Assembly (NCBI RefSeq): GCF_009914755.1
Contig: NC_060934.1
Origin: the human T2T-CHM13v2.0 reference genome, Homo sapiens
Direction: 5' to 3' (one strand)
DNA: 64,000 nucleotides
The notes beneath the pieces were generated by a model. The model was given only the letters and a program-made list of their open reading frames with translations, had not been told where the DNA came from and did not search any database. The translations under genes and the position numbers were made by a program. Shown here one piece after another: positions 1-15,700 of the stretch (positions are counted from its first letter, which is position 1; each line of letters begins with the position of its first letter).

Positions 1-3000
1 TCCATACTGCGAATGGACATTTGCGAGCTCATTAAGGCCAATGGTGAAAAAGTGAACATCCCAGGATAAAAACTAGAAGGAAGCTAACTGAGAAACAGCT
101 TTTGATGTGTGCATTCATCTCAATTTATACATTTCTTTTCATTCAGCAGTTTGGAACCACTGTTTTTATGTAATCTGTAAAGGGATATTTTGGAGAACAT
201 TGTGAACTATGGTATAAAAAAGAAATATTATCAGATAAAAACTAAAAAGCAGCTTTCTGAGAAACTACTTTGTGATGTGTGCATTCATCTCACAGACACA
301 AACCATTCTTTGGATTTAGCAATTTGGAAACTGTTTTTATGCAGAGTTTGCAAAGGGATATTTCAGAGACCCTTGAGACCTATGGTAAAAAGGAAACATC
401 CTAAGATAAAAACTAGAAGTAAGCTTTCTGAGAAACTGCGTTGTGATGTGTGCATTTATCTCACAGAGCAAATTTTTCTTTGGATTCTGAGAATGGACAT
501 TTTTTAGCTCATTGAGGTCAATGGCAAAAAAGCAAATATCACAGCAGAATAACTAGAAAGAAGCTATGTGAGAAACTGCTGTGTGATGTGGGCATTCATC
601 TTGAAGAGTTAAACCTTTCTCTTCATTCAGCAATTTAAAAACTCTATTTTTGTAGAATCTGCAAAAGGATATTTTGGAGAGCATTGAGGCCTTCAGTGAA
701 ATAGGAAACATCTTAAAATGAAAACCAGAAAAAAACTCTGAGAACCTGCTTTGTTATGTGTGCATTCTTCTCAGAGATTTAAAAACATCCTTTGCATTAA
801 GTAGTTTGGAAAGAGTGTTTTTGTCCATTCTGTGAATGGACACTTGGGAGTTCATGGGGCCAATGATGAAAAAGCAAATATCCCAGGATAAAAACCAGAA
901 GGAGGCTATCTGAGAAGCCAGTTTTTGATGTGTGTATTCATCTCACAGAGTTAAACCTTTCTTTTCATTCCGAACTTTGGAAACACTGTTTTTGTAGAAT
1001 ATGCAAAGGGATATTTAGGAGAGCATTGAGCCCTATGGTGAAACAGGAATCACGTTCAGATATAAACTGGAAAGAAGCTGTGAGAAACTGCTTTGTGGTG
1101 TTGGCATTCATCTCACAGAGTTAAACCTTTCTTTATATTCAGTAGTTGGGAAAGAGTGTTTTTGTCCATTCTACGAATGGACATGTGGGAGCTCATTGGG
1201 AACAGTGGTGAAAAAGAGAATATCCCAGGATAAAAGCAGAGTGAAGATCTCTGAGAAACTGTTATATGATGTTTGCATTCATCTCACAGAGTTAAACCAT
1301 TCTTTTCATTCAGCAGCTTGAAAACACTGTTTTTGTAGAATCAGTAAATTGATGTATGGGAGAGCATTCAGGCCTAAGGTGAAGAAGGAAACATCTTCAG
1401 ATAAAAACTAGAAAGAAATTTTCTGAAAACTGCTTTGTAATGTGCGCATTCACCTCACAGAGTTAAAGCTTTCTTTGGATTCAGCAGTTTGGAAACACTG
1501 TTTTTGTCCATTCTGCAAATGGATATTTGGGAGCTCATTGAAGCCAATGGCAAAAAAGTGAATTACCCTACGATAAAAACTAGAAGTAAGGTATCTGATA
1601 AACTGCTTTGTGATTTTGTGCGTTCATCTCACAGAGATAAGCTTTTCTTTTCATTCAACAGTTTGGAATTACTGTTTCTGTAGAATCTGCGAAGGGATAT
1701 TTGGGAGTGCATTGAGACCTATGGTGAAAAAGGAAACATCTTTAGAATAAAAGTAGAAAGAATCTTTCTGAGAAACTGCTTTGTGATGTGTGCATTTATC
1801 TCACAGTTAAACTGTTCTGTGGGTTCAGCAGTTTTGCAGCACTGTTTTTATAGAATCTGCAATGGGATATTTCAGAGAGCATTGAGGCCAATGGTGAAAA
1901 AGAAAACATCTTCAGATAAAAACTAGAAAGAAGCTTTCTGAGAAATTTTTGTGATGTCTGCCTTCAGCTTACACAAGTAAACCTTTCTTTGGATTCAGCA
2001 GTTTTGAAATACTGTGTTTGTCGATTCTGCCAGTGGACATTTCAGAGCTCATTGAGGCCAATGACCAGAAAGCAAATATCCCAGGATAAAAACTAGAAGG
2101 AAGTTATCTGAGAAACAGTTATGTGATGGGTGCATACATCTTGTAGAGTTAAACCTTTCTTTTCATTCAGCAGTTTGGAAGCACTGTTTTTGTACAATAT
2201 GCAAAGGGATACTTTGGAGAGCATTGAGGTCTATGGTAAAAAATTAAACATCTTCAGAAAAAAACTATCAAGAAACTTTCTGAGAAACTGCTTTGTGATT
2301 TGTGATTTCATCTCACAGACTCAAAACTTTCTTTGAATTTAGTAGTTTGGAAACACTGTTTTTCTTCATTCTGTGGAAGGACTTTTGGGACCTCATTGAG
2401 GCCAATGGTGAAAAATTGAATAGACCAGGTGAAAAACTGGAAGGAAGCTATCTGAGAAACAGTTGTGTGATGTGTGCATTCATCTCACAGAGTTAAACCT
2501 TTCTTTTCATTCAGCAGTTTGCAAACACTGTTTTTATAGAATCTGGAAAGGGATATTTCGGAGATCATTGAGGCCTACGTTGAAATAGGAAACATCTTCA
2601 GATAAAATTTAGAAATAAGTCTTTTGAAAAACTGCTTTGTGACGTGTGTGTTCATCTCACAGGGTTAAAACTTTGTTTGAATTCAGCAGTTTGGAGACAC
2701 TCTTTTACTCCATTCTGCAAAAGTACACTTTTCTCATTTAGCCAATGGTGAAAAAGTGAATTACCCTAGGATAAAAACTAAAAGTTAGCTATCTGAGAAA
2801 TGTCTTTGCGATTTGTGCATTCATCTAGCAGAATTAATCCATTCTTTTCCTTCAGCCATTTGGAGACACTGTTTTTGCAGGATCTGCGAAGGGGTATCTG
2901 GGAGTGCATTGAGACCTATGGAGAAAAAGGAAACGTCTTCATATAAAAACTAAAAAGAAGCCTTCTGAGAAACGGATTTGTGATGAGTTCATTCATCTTA

Positions 3001-3914
3001 CAGAACTAAACCTTACTTATCATTCAGCAGTTTTGAAACACTGTTTTTTGTAAAAGCTGCAAAGGGATATTTTGGAGACTATTGTGGCCTATACTGAAAA
3101 AGGCTTAAGTTAAAAAAGGAATCATCTTCAGATAAAAACTAGAAAGAAACTTTCAGAGAAACTGCTTTGTGATGTGTGCATTCATCTCACAGAGATAAAC
3201 TATTCATTGGATTCAGCAATTTTGAAACAAAGTTTTTGTCTATTCTGGGAATGGGCATTTGGGAGCTAATTTATGCCAATGGTGAGAAAGCAAATATCCT
3301 AGGACAAAACTAGAAGGAAGCCATCTGAGAAACAGCTATGTGATGTGTGCATTCATCTCACAGAGGTAAAACTTTCTTTTCATTCAGCTCTTTGGAAATT
3401 CTGTTTTTGTAGAATCTGTGAAGGGACATTTCAGAGAGCATTGAGACCTATGGTGAAAAAGGAAACATCTTCAGATAAAAACTAGAAAGAAACTTGCTAA
3501 GAAACTACTTTTTGATGTGTGCATTCATCTCACACAAATAAACCTTCCTTTGGATTCAGTGGTTTGGCAAAATTTTTTGTCGATTTTGTGAATGGACATT
3601 TGGGAGCTCTTTAAGGCCAATGGCTAAAATTTGAATATCCAGGGATAAAGCTAGAAGGAAGCGATCTGAGAAACAGCTTTGCAATGTAGGCATTCATTTC
3701 ACAGAGTTAAACCTTTCCTTTCACTGAGCAGTTTGGAAACACTGTTTTTGTAGAATCTGAAAAGGGATGTTTCAGAGAGAATTGAGGCCTAGGGTGAAAA
3801 AGGAATCCTATTCAGAAAGAAACTAGAAAGAAATTTTATGAGAAACTGCTTTGTGATGTGTGCATCCACCTCGCAGATTTAAACCTTGCTTTGGATTCAG
3901 CAATTTGGAAACAC
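1..3914 (+). repeat. Alpha satellite, diverged dimeric-type array, consensus orientation
   Basis: ~171-bp tandem monomers with hallmark TGTGATGTGTGCATTCATCTCACAGAGTTAAAC and ATAAAAACTAGAAAGAAGCTTTCTGAGAAAC. Two monomer types alternate (GTCCATTCTGCGAATGGACA vs GTAGAATCTGCAAAGGGATA). No CENP-B box seen. Confidence 0.97.
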
Positions 3915-5184
3915 TTTTTTTAATTATTATACTTTAAGTTTTAGGGTACATGTGCACAACATGCAGGTTTTTTACATATGTATACATGTGCCATGCTGTT
4001 GTACGGCACCCATTAACTCGTCATTTAACGTTAGGTATATCTTCTAAAGCTATCCCCTCTCACCAAACCCTGCAACAGGCCCTGGTGTGTGATGTTCCCC
4101 TTACTGTGTCCATGTGTTCCCATTTTTCAATTCCTACCTATGAGTGAGAACATGCAGTGTTTGGTTTTTTGTTCTTGTGATAGTTTGCTGAGAATGAAGG
4201 TTTCCAGCTTCACCCATGTCCCTACAAAGAAATGAACTCATCATTTTTATGGCTGCATAGTATTCCATGGTGCATATGTGCCACATTTTCTTAATCCAGT
4301 CTGTCATTGTTGGACATTTGGGTTAGTTCCAAGTCTTTGCTCTTGTGAATAGTGCCACAGTAAACATATGTGTGCCTGTTACTTTATAGTAGCATGATTT
4401 ATATAGTTCGTTTTAGATTCTGGATATAGTCCTTTTTCAGATGAGGAGATTGCAATAATTTTCTCCCATTCTGTAGGTTGCCTGTTCACGCTGATGGTAG
4501 ATTCTTTTGCTGTGCAGAAGCTCTTTAGTTTAATTAGATCCCATTTGTCAATTTTAGCTTTTGTTGCCATTGCTTTTGGTGTTTTAGACATGAAGTCCTT
4601 GCCCATGCCTATGTACTGAAGGGCATTGCCTGGCTTTTCTTCTAGGGTTTTTATGGCTTTAGCTCCAACATTTAAGTCTTTAATTCATCTTGCATTAATT
4701 TTTGTGTGAGGTATAAGGAAGGGATACAGTTTCAGCTTCCTACATATGGCTAGCCAGTTTTGCCAACACCATTTATTAAATAGGGAATTGTTTCCCCATT
4801 TCTTCTTTTGGTCAGATGTGTTAAAGATCAGATAGTTGTAGATACGTGATATTATTTCTGAGGGCTCTTTTCTGTTCCATTGATCTATATCTATCTCTGT
4901 TTTAGTCCCAGTACCATGCTGTTTTGGTTACTGTAGCCTTGTAGTATAGTTTGAAGTCAGGTAACATGATGCCTCCAGATTTTTTCTTTTGGCTTAGGAT
5001 TGACTTAACAATGCAGAATCTTTTTTGGTTCCATATGAACTTTAAAGTAGTTTTTTCCAATTCTGTGAAGAAAGTCATTGGTAGCTTGATGGAGAAGACA
5101 TTGAATCTATAAATTACCTTGGGCAGTATGTCCATTTTCAAGACATTGATTCTTCTCATCCATGATCATGGAATGTTCTTCCAT

Positions 5185-5185
<1 letters not shown>
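3915..5185 (-). mobile_element. L1PA (approx. PA4-PA6) 3' portion: poly(A), 3'UTR and ORF2 C-terminus, with ~380-bp internal deletion
   Basis: Begins TTTTTTTAATTATTATACTTTAAGTTTTAGGGTACATGTGCAC, the reverse complement of the L1 3' end. ORF track gives [35 protein letters not shown] and [18 protein letters not shown] (L1 ORF2p). Subfamily inferred from 3'UTR CCCATTAACTCGTCATTTA. Confidence 0.95.
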
Positions 5186-6780
<1,595 letters not shown>

Positions 6781-6784
<4 letters not shown>

Positions 6785-9700
6785 CGGTTTCTCAGACAGC
6801 TTCCTTCTAGTTTTTATCCTTGGATATTCTCATTTTTGCCTTTGGCCTCAATGAGCTCCCAGATATCCATTCTCAGAATGGACAGAAATAGTGTTTTCAA
6901 ACTGTTGAAGCCAAAGAAAGGTTGAACTCTGTGACATGAATGGACACATCACAAAGCAGTTTCTCAGAAAGTTTGTTTCCTGTTTTTAAGTAAAGTTGTT
7001 TCCTTTTTCATCATAGGCCTCAATTTGCTAGGAAATATCCCTTTGTAGATTCATCAAAAACTGTTTTTCCAAACTGCTGAATGAAAAGAAGGTTTTAACT
7101 CCACGAGATGAAAGCACACATCACAAAGCGGTTTCTCAGACAGCTTCCTTCTAGTTTTCATCCTGGGACACTGTTTTTTCACCATTGGCCTCTAAGAGCT
7201 CTAAAATGTCCTTCATAGAAAAGGCAAAACAGTGCTTTCAAACTTCTGAATCCAAAGAAAGGATTACCAATGTCAGATGAAAGCACTCATCTCAAACCAG
7301 TTTCTTAGAAAGCTTATTTCTAATTTTCATTTGAAGATATTTCTTTTTTCACCACAAGCCTCAGTGCACTTCCAAATAGCCCTTCACAGATTCTACAAAA
7401 AACACGTTTCAAAAACTGCTGAATGAAAAGAATGGTTTAACTTTGTGAGATGAATGCACACATCACAAAGCATTTTCTCAGAGCTATTTCTCCTAGTTTT
7501 TATCCTCGCATATTCACTTTTTCACCATTGTCCTCAATGAGATCCCAAATGTCCACTCGCAGAATGGACAAAAAAAGTGTTTCCAAACTGCTGAATCCAA
7601 AGAAAACTTTAACTCTGTGAGATGAATGCACACATCAAAAAGCACTTCCCCAGAAACCTTCCTTCTAGTGTCAATCTGAAGATGTTTCTTTTTTCACCAT
7701 AGGCCTCAAAGCTCTCAGAAATGTCCCTTTGCAGGTTCTACAAAAACACAGTTTCCAAACTACTCTATGAAAATAAAGCGTTAACTCTGCAAGTTGAATG
7801 CATGCATCACAAAGCAGTTTCTAAGATAGCTTCCTTCTAGTTTTATCCTGGGATAGTCCATTTTTTGCCATTAGCCTGAAGGAGCTCCCAAATATCCATT
7901 TGCAGAGAGGACAAAACCGTGTTTCCAAACTGCTGAATGAAAAGAAAGATTTCACTCTGTGAGATGAATGCACACATCACAAAACAGTTCATTATAAAGC
8001 TTCTTTCTACTTTTTATCTGAAGATGTTTCCTTTTTCACCATGGGCCTCAAAATGCTCCCAAAAATCCCCTCACAGATTCTTCCAAAACAGTGTTTCCCA
8101 ACTGCTGAAATAAAAGAAAGGTTTTACTCTCTGTGATGAAAGCACACATCCCAAAGCGGTTTCTCAGATAGCTTCCTTCTAGTTTTTATCCTTGGATATA
8201 TGCTTTTTCACAATTTTCCTCATTGAGCTCCCATATGTCCATTCGCAGAATAGACAAAAACAGTGATTCAGGACTGCTGAATCAAAAGCTAGTTATAAGT
8301 CTCTGTGATGAATGCACATATCACAAAGCAGTTTCTCATAAATCTTCTTCCTAGTTTTTATCTGAAGATGTTTCCTTTTACACCATAGGCCTGAATGCAC
8401 TCCAAAATATCCCTTCACAGATAATACAAAAACATTGTTTCAAAACTGCTGAGTGAAAAAAAAGATTTCACTTTGCGAGATGAATGCACACATCAAAAAT
8501 CAATTTCTCAGATAGCTTCCTTCTAGTATTTATGACGTGATATTCCCATTTTTGCCATTAGCCTCAATGAGCACCCAAATGTCCATTTGCATATTGGACA
8601 TCAACAGTGTTTCCAAGCTGCTGAATCCAAATAAAGTTTTCATTCTGTGGGATGAATGCACACATCATAAAGCAGTTTCACAGAAAACTTCTTTTAGTTT
8701 TTATTGGAAGATGTCTCTTTTTCACCATAGGCCTCCATGCGCTCCCAAATATCCGTTCACACATTCTTCAAAAACAGTGTTTCCAAACTGCTGAATGAAA
8801 AGAAACGTGAGTTGAACACACATCACAAGGGGTTTCTCAGATAGCTTCCTTCTAGTTTTTATCCTGGGATATTCACTTTTTTGCGATTGGCCTCAATGAG
8901 CTTAAAAATGACTACTTGCAGAATGGACAAAAACAGTGTTTCCAAGCTGCTGAATGAAAATAAAGGTTGAAGTCTACGAGATGAATGCACAGATCACAAA
9001 GCAGTTTCTCAGATAGCTTCCTTCTAGTTTTTGTCCTGGGATATATGCTGTTTCACCATTTTCCTCATTGAGTTCCAAAATGTCCATGCGCAGAATAGAC
9101 AAAAGCAGTGTTTCCAAACTGCTGAATCAAAAGAAAGTTATAACTCTGTGAGATGAATGCACACATCACAAAGCAGTTTCTCAGAGAGCATCCTTCTAGT
9201 TTTTATCCTGGAATATGCACTTTTTCACCATTGGCCTCAATGAGCTCCCAAATGTCCATTTGTTGAATGGACAAAACCAGTGTTTCCGAACTGTTGTATT
9301 GAAGGAAATCTTTAACTCTTTGAGATGAATGCAAACATAGCAAAGCAGTTACTCAGAAAGTTTCTTTCTAGTTTTTATCTGAATTTGTTTCCTTTTTTAC
9401 CATAGACGTCAATGTGCTCTCAAATATCCATTCGCAGATATTACAAAGTCAGTGTTTCCAAAATGCTGCATGAAAACAAAATTTTAACTCTGTAATGCGA
9501 ATGCACACATCACAAAGCTCTTTCTCTGATAGCATTCTTCTGGTTGTTCTCTAGGATATTTGCTTTTTCACTGTTGGCCTCAGTGAGCTCCTAAGGGTCC
9601 TTTTGCAGAATAGACAAAAACAGTGTTTCCAAACTGCTGAATCCAAAGAAACATTTAACTGTGAGATAAATGCACACATCACAAAGCAGTTTCTCAGAAA

Positions 9701-12700
9701 ACTTCTTTCAGTTTTTATCTGAAGTTGTTTCTTTTTCACCATAGGCCTCAATGTGCTCTCAAATATCACTTTCCAGATTCTACAAAAACAGTGTTTCCCA
9801 ACTGCTGAATGAAAATAAATTTTAACTTTACGAGGTGAATGCAAACATCACTAAGCCGTTTCTCAGAGAGCTTCTTTCTAGTTTTTATCCTGGGATATTT
9901 GCTTTTTTGCCATTGGCCTCAATGAGCTCCCAAGGTTCCATTCGCAGAATGGACAAAAACAGTGTTTCCAAACTGCCGAATCCAAAAAAACATTTAAGTG
10001 TCAGATGAATGCACACCTCACAATGCAATTTCTCAGACAGATTCTTTCTAGTTTTTATCTGAAGATGTTTTCTTTTTCACCATAGGCCTCAATGAACTCC
10101 CAAGTATCCCTTTGCAGATTCTAAAAAATCAGGGTTTCCAAACTGTTGAATGAAAAGGAAGTTTAACCCTGCAAGATAAATGCACATACCACAAAACAGT
10201 TTCTCAGATAACTTCCTTCTAGTTGTTATCCTGGGATATTTGCATTTTCACCTTGGCCTCAATGAGCTCCCAAATGTCCATTAATAGACAACAACAATGT
10301 TTCCAAACTGCTGAATGCAAAGATATGTTTAACTGTGAGATGAATGCAAACATCACAAAACAGTTTCTCAGAAAGTTATTTTGTAGTTTTCATCCAAAGA
10401 TGTTTCCTTTCTCACCATAGGCCTCAGTGAGCCCTAAAATATCCCGTTGCAGATTCTACAAAAACGGTGTTTCCAAACTGCTGAATGAAAAGACAGCTTT
10501 AACTCCATGAGACAAATGCACACATCACAAAGCAGTTTCTCAGATAGCTTCCTTCTTGTGTTCATTCTGGGATATTCAGTTTATTGCCATTGGCCTCAAT
10601 GAACGCCAAAATGTCCATTCACAGAATGGACAAAAACAGTGTTTCCAAAACTGCTGAATGCAAAGAAAGTTTTACCTCTTTGAGATGAAAGCACACATCA
10701 CAAAGCAGGTTCTTAGAAAGCTTCTTTCTAGTTTTTAACTGGAAGATATATCCTTTTTCACCACTGGCATCAATGCACTGCTAAATATCCCTTAGCAGAT
10801 ACTACAAAAACAGTGTTTCCAAGCTGCTTAATTAAAAGAAAGGTTTAACTATGTGAGATGAATGCACACATCACAAAGCGGTTTCTCAGATATCTTCCTT
10901 CTATTTTTATCCTGGGATATTCACTCTTTCACCAGTGGCCTCAAAGAGCTCCCAAATGTCCATTTGCAGAATGGACAAAAACAGTGTTTCCTAACTGCTG
11001 AGTCCAAACAATGCTTTAACTCTGATAGATGAATGCATACATCACAAAGCAGTTTTTCAGAAAGCTTCTTTCTTGTTTTTATCTGAAGATGTTTCCTTTT
11101 TAACCATACGCTTCAATAGGCTCCCAAATATCCCTTCACAGATTCTACAAAAACAGTGTGTCCAAACTGCTGAATGAAAAGAAATGTGGAACTCTGAGAG
11201 ACGAATGCACACATCAGAAAGCAGTTTCTTGGAAAGCTTCTTTCTTGTTTTTATATGAAGATGTTTTCTTCTTAACCATAGGCTTCAATTGGCTCCCAAA
11301 TATCCCTTTGCAGATTCTACAAAAAACAGCATTCCCAAACTGCTGAATAAAAATAAAGGTTTTACTCTGTGAGATGAATAAACACATTCCAAAGCGGTTT
11401 TCACGTGGCATCCTTCTAGTTTTTATCCTGGGATATTTGCTTATTCACCCATGGCCTCAATGAACTCACAAATGTCCATTTGCAGAAAGGACAAAAAGTG
11501 TTTGCAAACTGGTGAATCCAAAGAAAGGTTTAAAACTGTGAGATGAATGTGTACATCACAAAGCAGTTTCTCAGAAAGCCTCTTTCTAGTTTTTACTGAA
11601 GATTTTTCCATTTTTACCATAGACATCAATTTACTCACAAATATCCCTTCAGAGATTCTACAAAATCAGTTTTTTCAAATTGCTGATTGAAAAGAAAGGT
11701 TTAACTCTGCGACGTGATGGACCCATAAAAAAAGCAGTTTCTCTAATAACTTCATTCCAGTTTTTACCCTAGGATATTCACTTTTTTGCCTTTTGCCTTA
11801 ATGAGCTCCCAAGTGTCCATTCATGGAATGGACAAAAACAGTGTTTCCAAGCTGCTGAATCCAAAGAAAGCTTTAACACTCTGAGATGACTGCACACATC
11901 AGAAAGGGGTTTCTTAGAAAGCTTCTTTCTGGTTTTTAGCTGAAGATGTTTCCTTTTTCACCATAGGCCTCAAAGTGTTCCCAAATATTCCTTCCAGATT
12001 CCTCAAAAAGCCTTTTACAAACTGCTGAGTGAAAAGAGAGGTTTAACTCTGTGAGATGAATGCCCATATCAAAAAGCAGTTTCTCAGATAACTTCCTTCT
12101 AATTGTTATCCTGGGATATTTGCATTTTTCCATCAGCCTCAAGAAGCTCCCAAATGTCCATTAATGAACAAAAACAATCTTTACAAACTGCTGAATCCAA
12201 AGAAAGGTTTAACTGTTAGGAGAATACAGACATCACAAAGCAGTTTCTCAGAAAGCTTCTTTCTAGTTTTTACCTGAAGATGTTTCCTTTTTCACCATTG
12301 GCCTCAATGTGCTCCCAAATAACCCTTCGTGATTCTACAAAAATGGTATTTTCAAACTGCTGAATGAAAAGACTGCTTTAACTCCGTGAGATGAATGCAC
12401 ACATCACAAAGCAGTTTCTCAGATAGCTTCCTTCTTGTGTTCATTCTTGGATATTCACTTTTTTGCCTTTGGTCTCCATGACCTCCAAAATGTCCATTCA
12501 CAGAATGGACAAAAACAGCATTTCCAAATTGCTGAATGCAAAGAAAGGTTTAACTCTGTGACATGAATGCACACATCACAAAGCAGGTTCTCATAAAGCT
12601 TCTTTCTAGTTTTTATCTAAAGATGTTTACTATTTCACCATACGTATCAATGCGCTCCTAAATATCCCTTCGCAGATACCACAAAAACAATGTTCCCAAA

Positions 12701-15700
12701 CTGCTGAATGAAAAGAAATCTTTAACACTGCAATGTGAATGCACACATAAAAAAGTGGATTCTCAGATAGCTTCCTTCTAGTTTTTATCCTGGGATATTT
12801 GCTTTTTTGTCATTGGCTTCAAAGTACTCCCAAATGTCCATTTGAAGAATGGACAAAAACAGTGTTTCTGAACTGCTGAATAAAAAAGAAAGTTTTAAAT
12901 CTGTGGATAAATGCGCACATCAAAAAGCAGTTTCTCTGAAAGATTTTTTTCTAGTTTTTATCTGAAGATGTTTCCTTTTTCACCAAAGGCCTCATAGTGC
13001 ATCCAAATATTCCTTCAGAGATTCTGCAAAAAAAGGGTTTCCAAGGTGCTGAATGAAAAGAAAGGTTAAACTCTGCTAGTTGAATGCACAAATCGCAAAG
13101 CACTTTCACAGATAGCTTCCTTTGAGTTTTTATTCCGGGATACTCGCTTTTCCACCATTGGCCTCAAGGAGCTCCAAAATGTCCAGTTGCAGAATGGACA
13201 AAAAATTGTTTCCAAAGTGCTGAATGAAAAGAAATGTTAAACTCTGCGAGGTGAATGCATGCATCACAAATCAGCTTCTCACATAGCTTGCTTCTAGTTT
13301 TTATCCTGGGATATTCGTTTTTTTGCAATTGGCCTCAATGAGCTGCCAAATTTCCATTAATTGACAAAAAAAAGTGTTTCCACACATCTGAATACAAAGC
13401 AATGTTTAACTCTGTGAGATGAATGCACTCATCACCAAACAGTTCCTCAGAAACCTTCTTTCTAGATTATATCTGAGGATGTTTCCTTTTTTACCATACT
13501 ACCCTAGGCACTCCCAAATATACCTTCACAGATTATACAAAATCAGGGTTTCCAAACTGCTGAATGAAAGAAAAGTTTATCTCTGCGAGGTGAATGCACA
13601 CATCACAAAGCAGTTTCTCATATAGCTTCCTTCTTGTTTTTTTTTTTCTTCCTGGGATATTCGCTTTTTGTAATTGGGGTCAATGAGCTCTGAAATGTCC
13701 ATTCACGGAATGGACAAAATCAGTGTTTCCAAACTGCTGAATCCAAAGAAAGGTTTAACTCTGTGAGATGAATTCACACATCACAAAATAGTTTCTCAGA
13801 AAGCTTCTTTCTCTGATTTATCTGAAGATGTTTCCTTTTTCAACATAGGTCTCAATTCACTCCCAAATATCCTTTCAGAGATTCTAAAAAATCAGTGTTT
13901 CCAAACTTCTGAATGAAAAGAAAGTTTTAACTCTGTGATGTGAATGCACACATCACAAAGTGGTTTCTCTGGTAGCTTCCTTCAAGTTTTTATCCTAGGA
14001 TATTTGCTTTTTCGCCATAGGCCTCAATGAGTTCCCAAGTGTCCATTTGCAGAATGGACAAAAGCAGGATTTCCAAGCTGTTGAATCCAAAGAAACTTTT
14101 AAGTGTGAAATGAATGCTCACATCACAAATCAATTTTTTGGAAATCTTCTTTCAGGTTTTTATCTGAAGGTGTTTCCTTTTTCACCCTAGGCCTCAATGC
14201 ACCCCCAATTTTTCCTTCGCAGATTCTACAAAAACAGGGCTTCCAAACTGTTGAATGAAAATAAAGGTTTACCTCTGTGAAATGAATGCACACATGGCAA
14301 AACGGATTCTCATATTCCTTTCTTCTAGTATTTACCTGGGATATTCACTTTTTTGCCTTAGGCCTCAAATACCTCCAAATTGTCCATTTGCAGAGTGGAC
14401 AAAAACAGTGTTTTCAGACTGTTAAATGGAAAGAAATGTTTAACTCTGTGAGATGAATGAACACATCACAAAGCAGTATCTCTTAAAGCTTCTTTCTAAT
14501 TATTATCTGATGATATTTCCTTTTTCACCATAGGCATCAATGTACTCCTAAATATCCCTTCACAGATACTGCAAAACAGTCTTTCTAAACTGCTGAATGA
14601 AAAGAAAGTTTTAACTATGTGAGATGAATGCACACATCACAAAGTGGTTTCTAAGAGAGCTTCCTTCTAGTTTTTATTCTGGTATATTAGCTTTTTCGCC
14701 ATTAGCCTCTATGAGCTCCCAAATATCCATTTGCAGAATGGACAAAAATAGTGTTTCTGAATGGCTGAATGAAAACAAATGTTTAAGTCTGCGAGATTAC
14801 TGCACACATCACATATGGTTTCTCTGATAGCTTCCTACTAGTTTTTATTTTGGGATATTGTATTTTTTTGCCATTGGCATCCATGAGCTCCCAAATGTCC
14901 ATTGGCAGTATGGACAAAACCGTGTTTCCAAACTTCTAAATCCAAAGAACAGTTTAACTTTGTGAGATGAATGCACACTTCACAATGCAGTTTCTCAGAA
15001 ATCTTTTTTCTAGTTTTTATCTGAAGATGTTCCCTTTTCACCATAGGCATAAATGCACTCCAAAATATCTCTTCACAATTCTACAAAAACAGTGTTTCCA
15101 AACTGCTGAATGAAAAAAAAAAGGTTTAACTTTGCCAGATGAATGCACACACCCAAAGCAGTTTCCCGGAGATCTTCTTTATAGTTTTAATCCAGGTATA
15201 TTCCTGTTTTTGCCATTGGTCTCAATGGGCTCCCAAATATCCATCCGTGGAATTTATACAAAGAGTTTTTCCCAAATGCTAAATCAAAAGAAAGGTTTAA
15301 CTCTGTGAGATGAATGCACACATCACAAAGCCGTTTCTCAGAATGCTTCTTTCTAGTTTTTATCTGAAGATGTTTACTTTTTCACCACAGGACTCAAAGC
15401 TGTACCAAATATCCTTTTTCAGATTCTACAAAAACATTGTTTCCAAACTGCTTAATGAGAAGAAAGGTTTACCTCTGTGACATGAACACACACATCACAA
15501 AGAGTTTTCTCAGAACATTTCCTTCTAGTTTTTATCCTGAGATTTTCGCTTTTTCACCATTGGCCTCAATGAGCTCCCAAACCTCCATTCGCTGAATGGA
15601 CCAAAAAACCCTGTCCAAACTGCTGAATCCAAAGAAAGTTTGAACTCTGTGAGCTGAATGAACACATAACAAAGCAGTTTCTCTGAAATATTATTTCTAG

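Noticed and set aside
3097-3122. Small insertion AAAAAGG-CTTAAGTTA-AAAAAGG in a monomer
   Set aside because: Too short to assign; likely slippage or repair filler.
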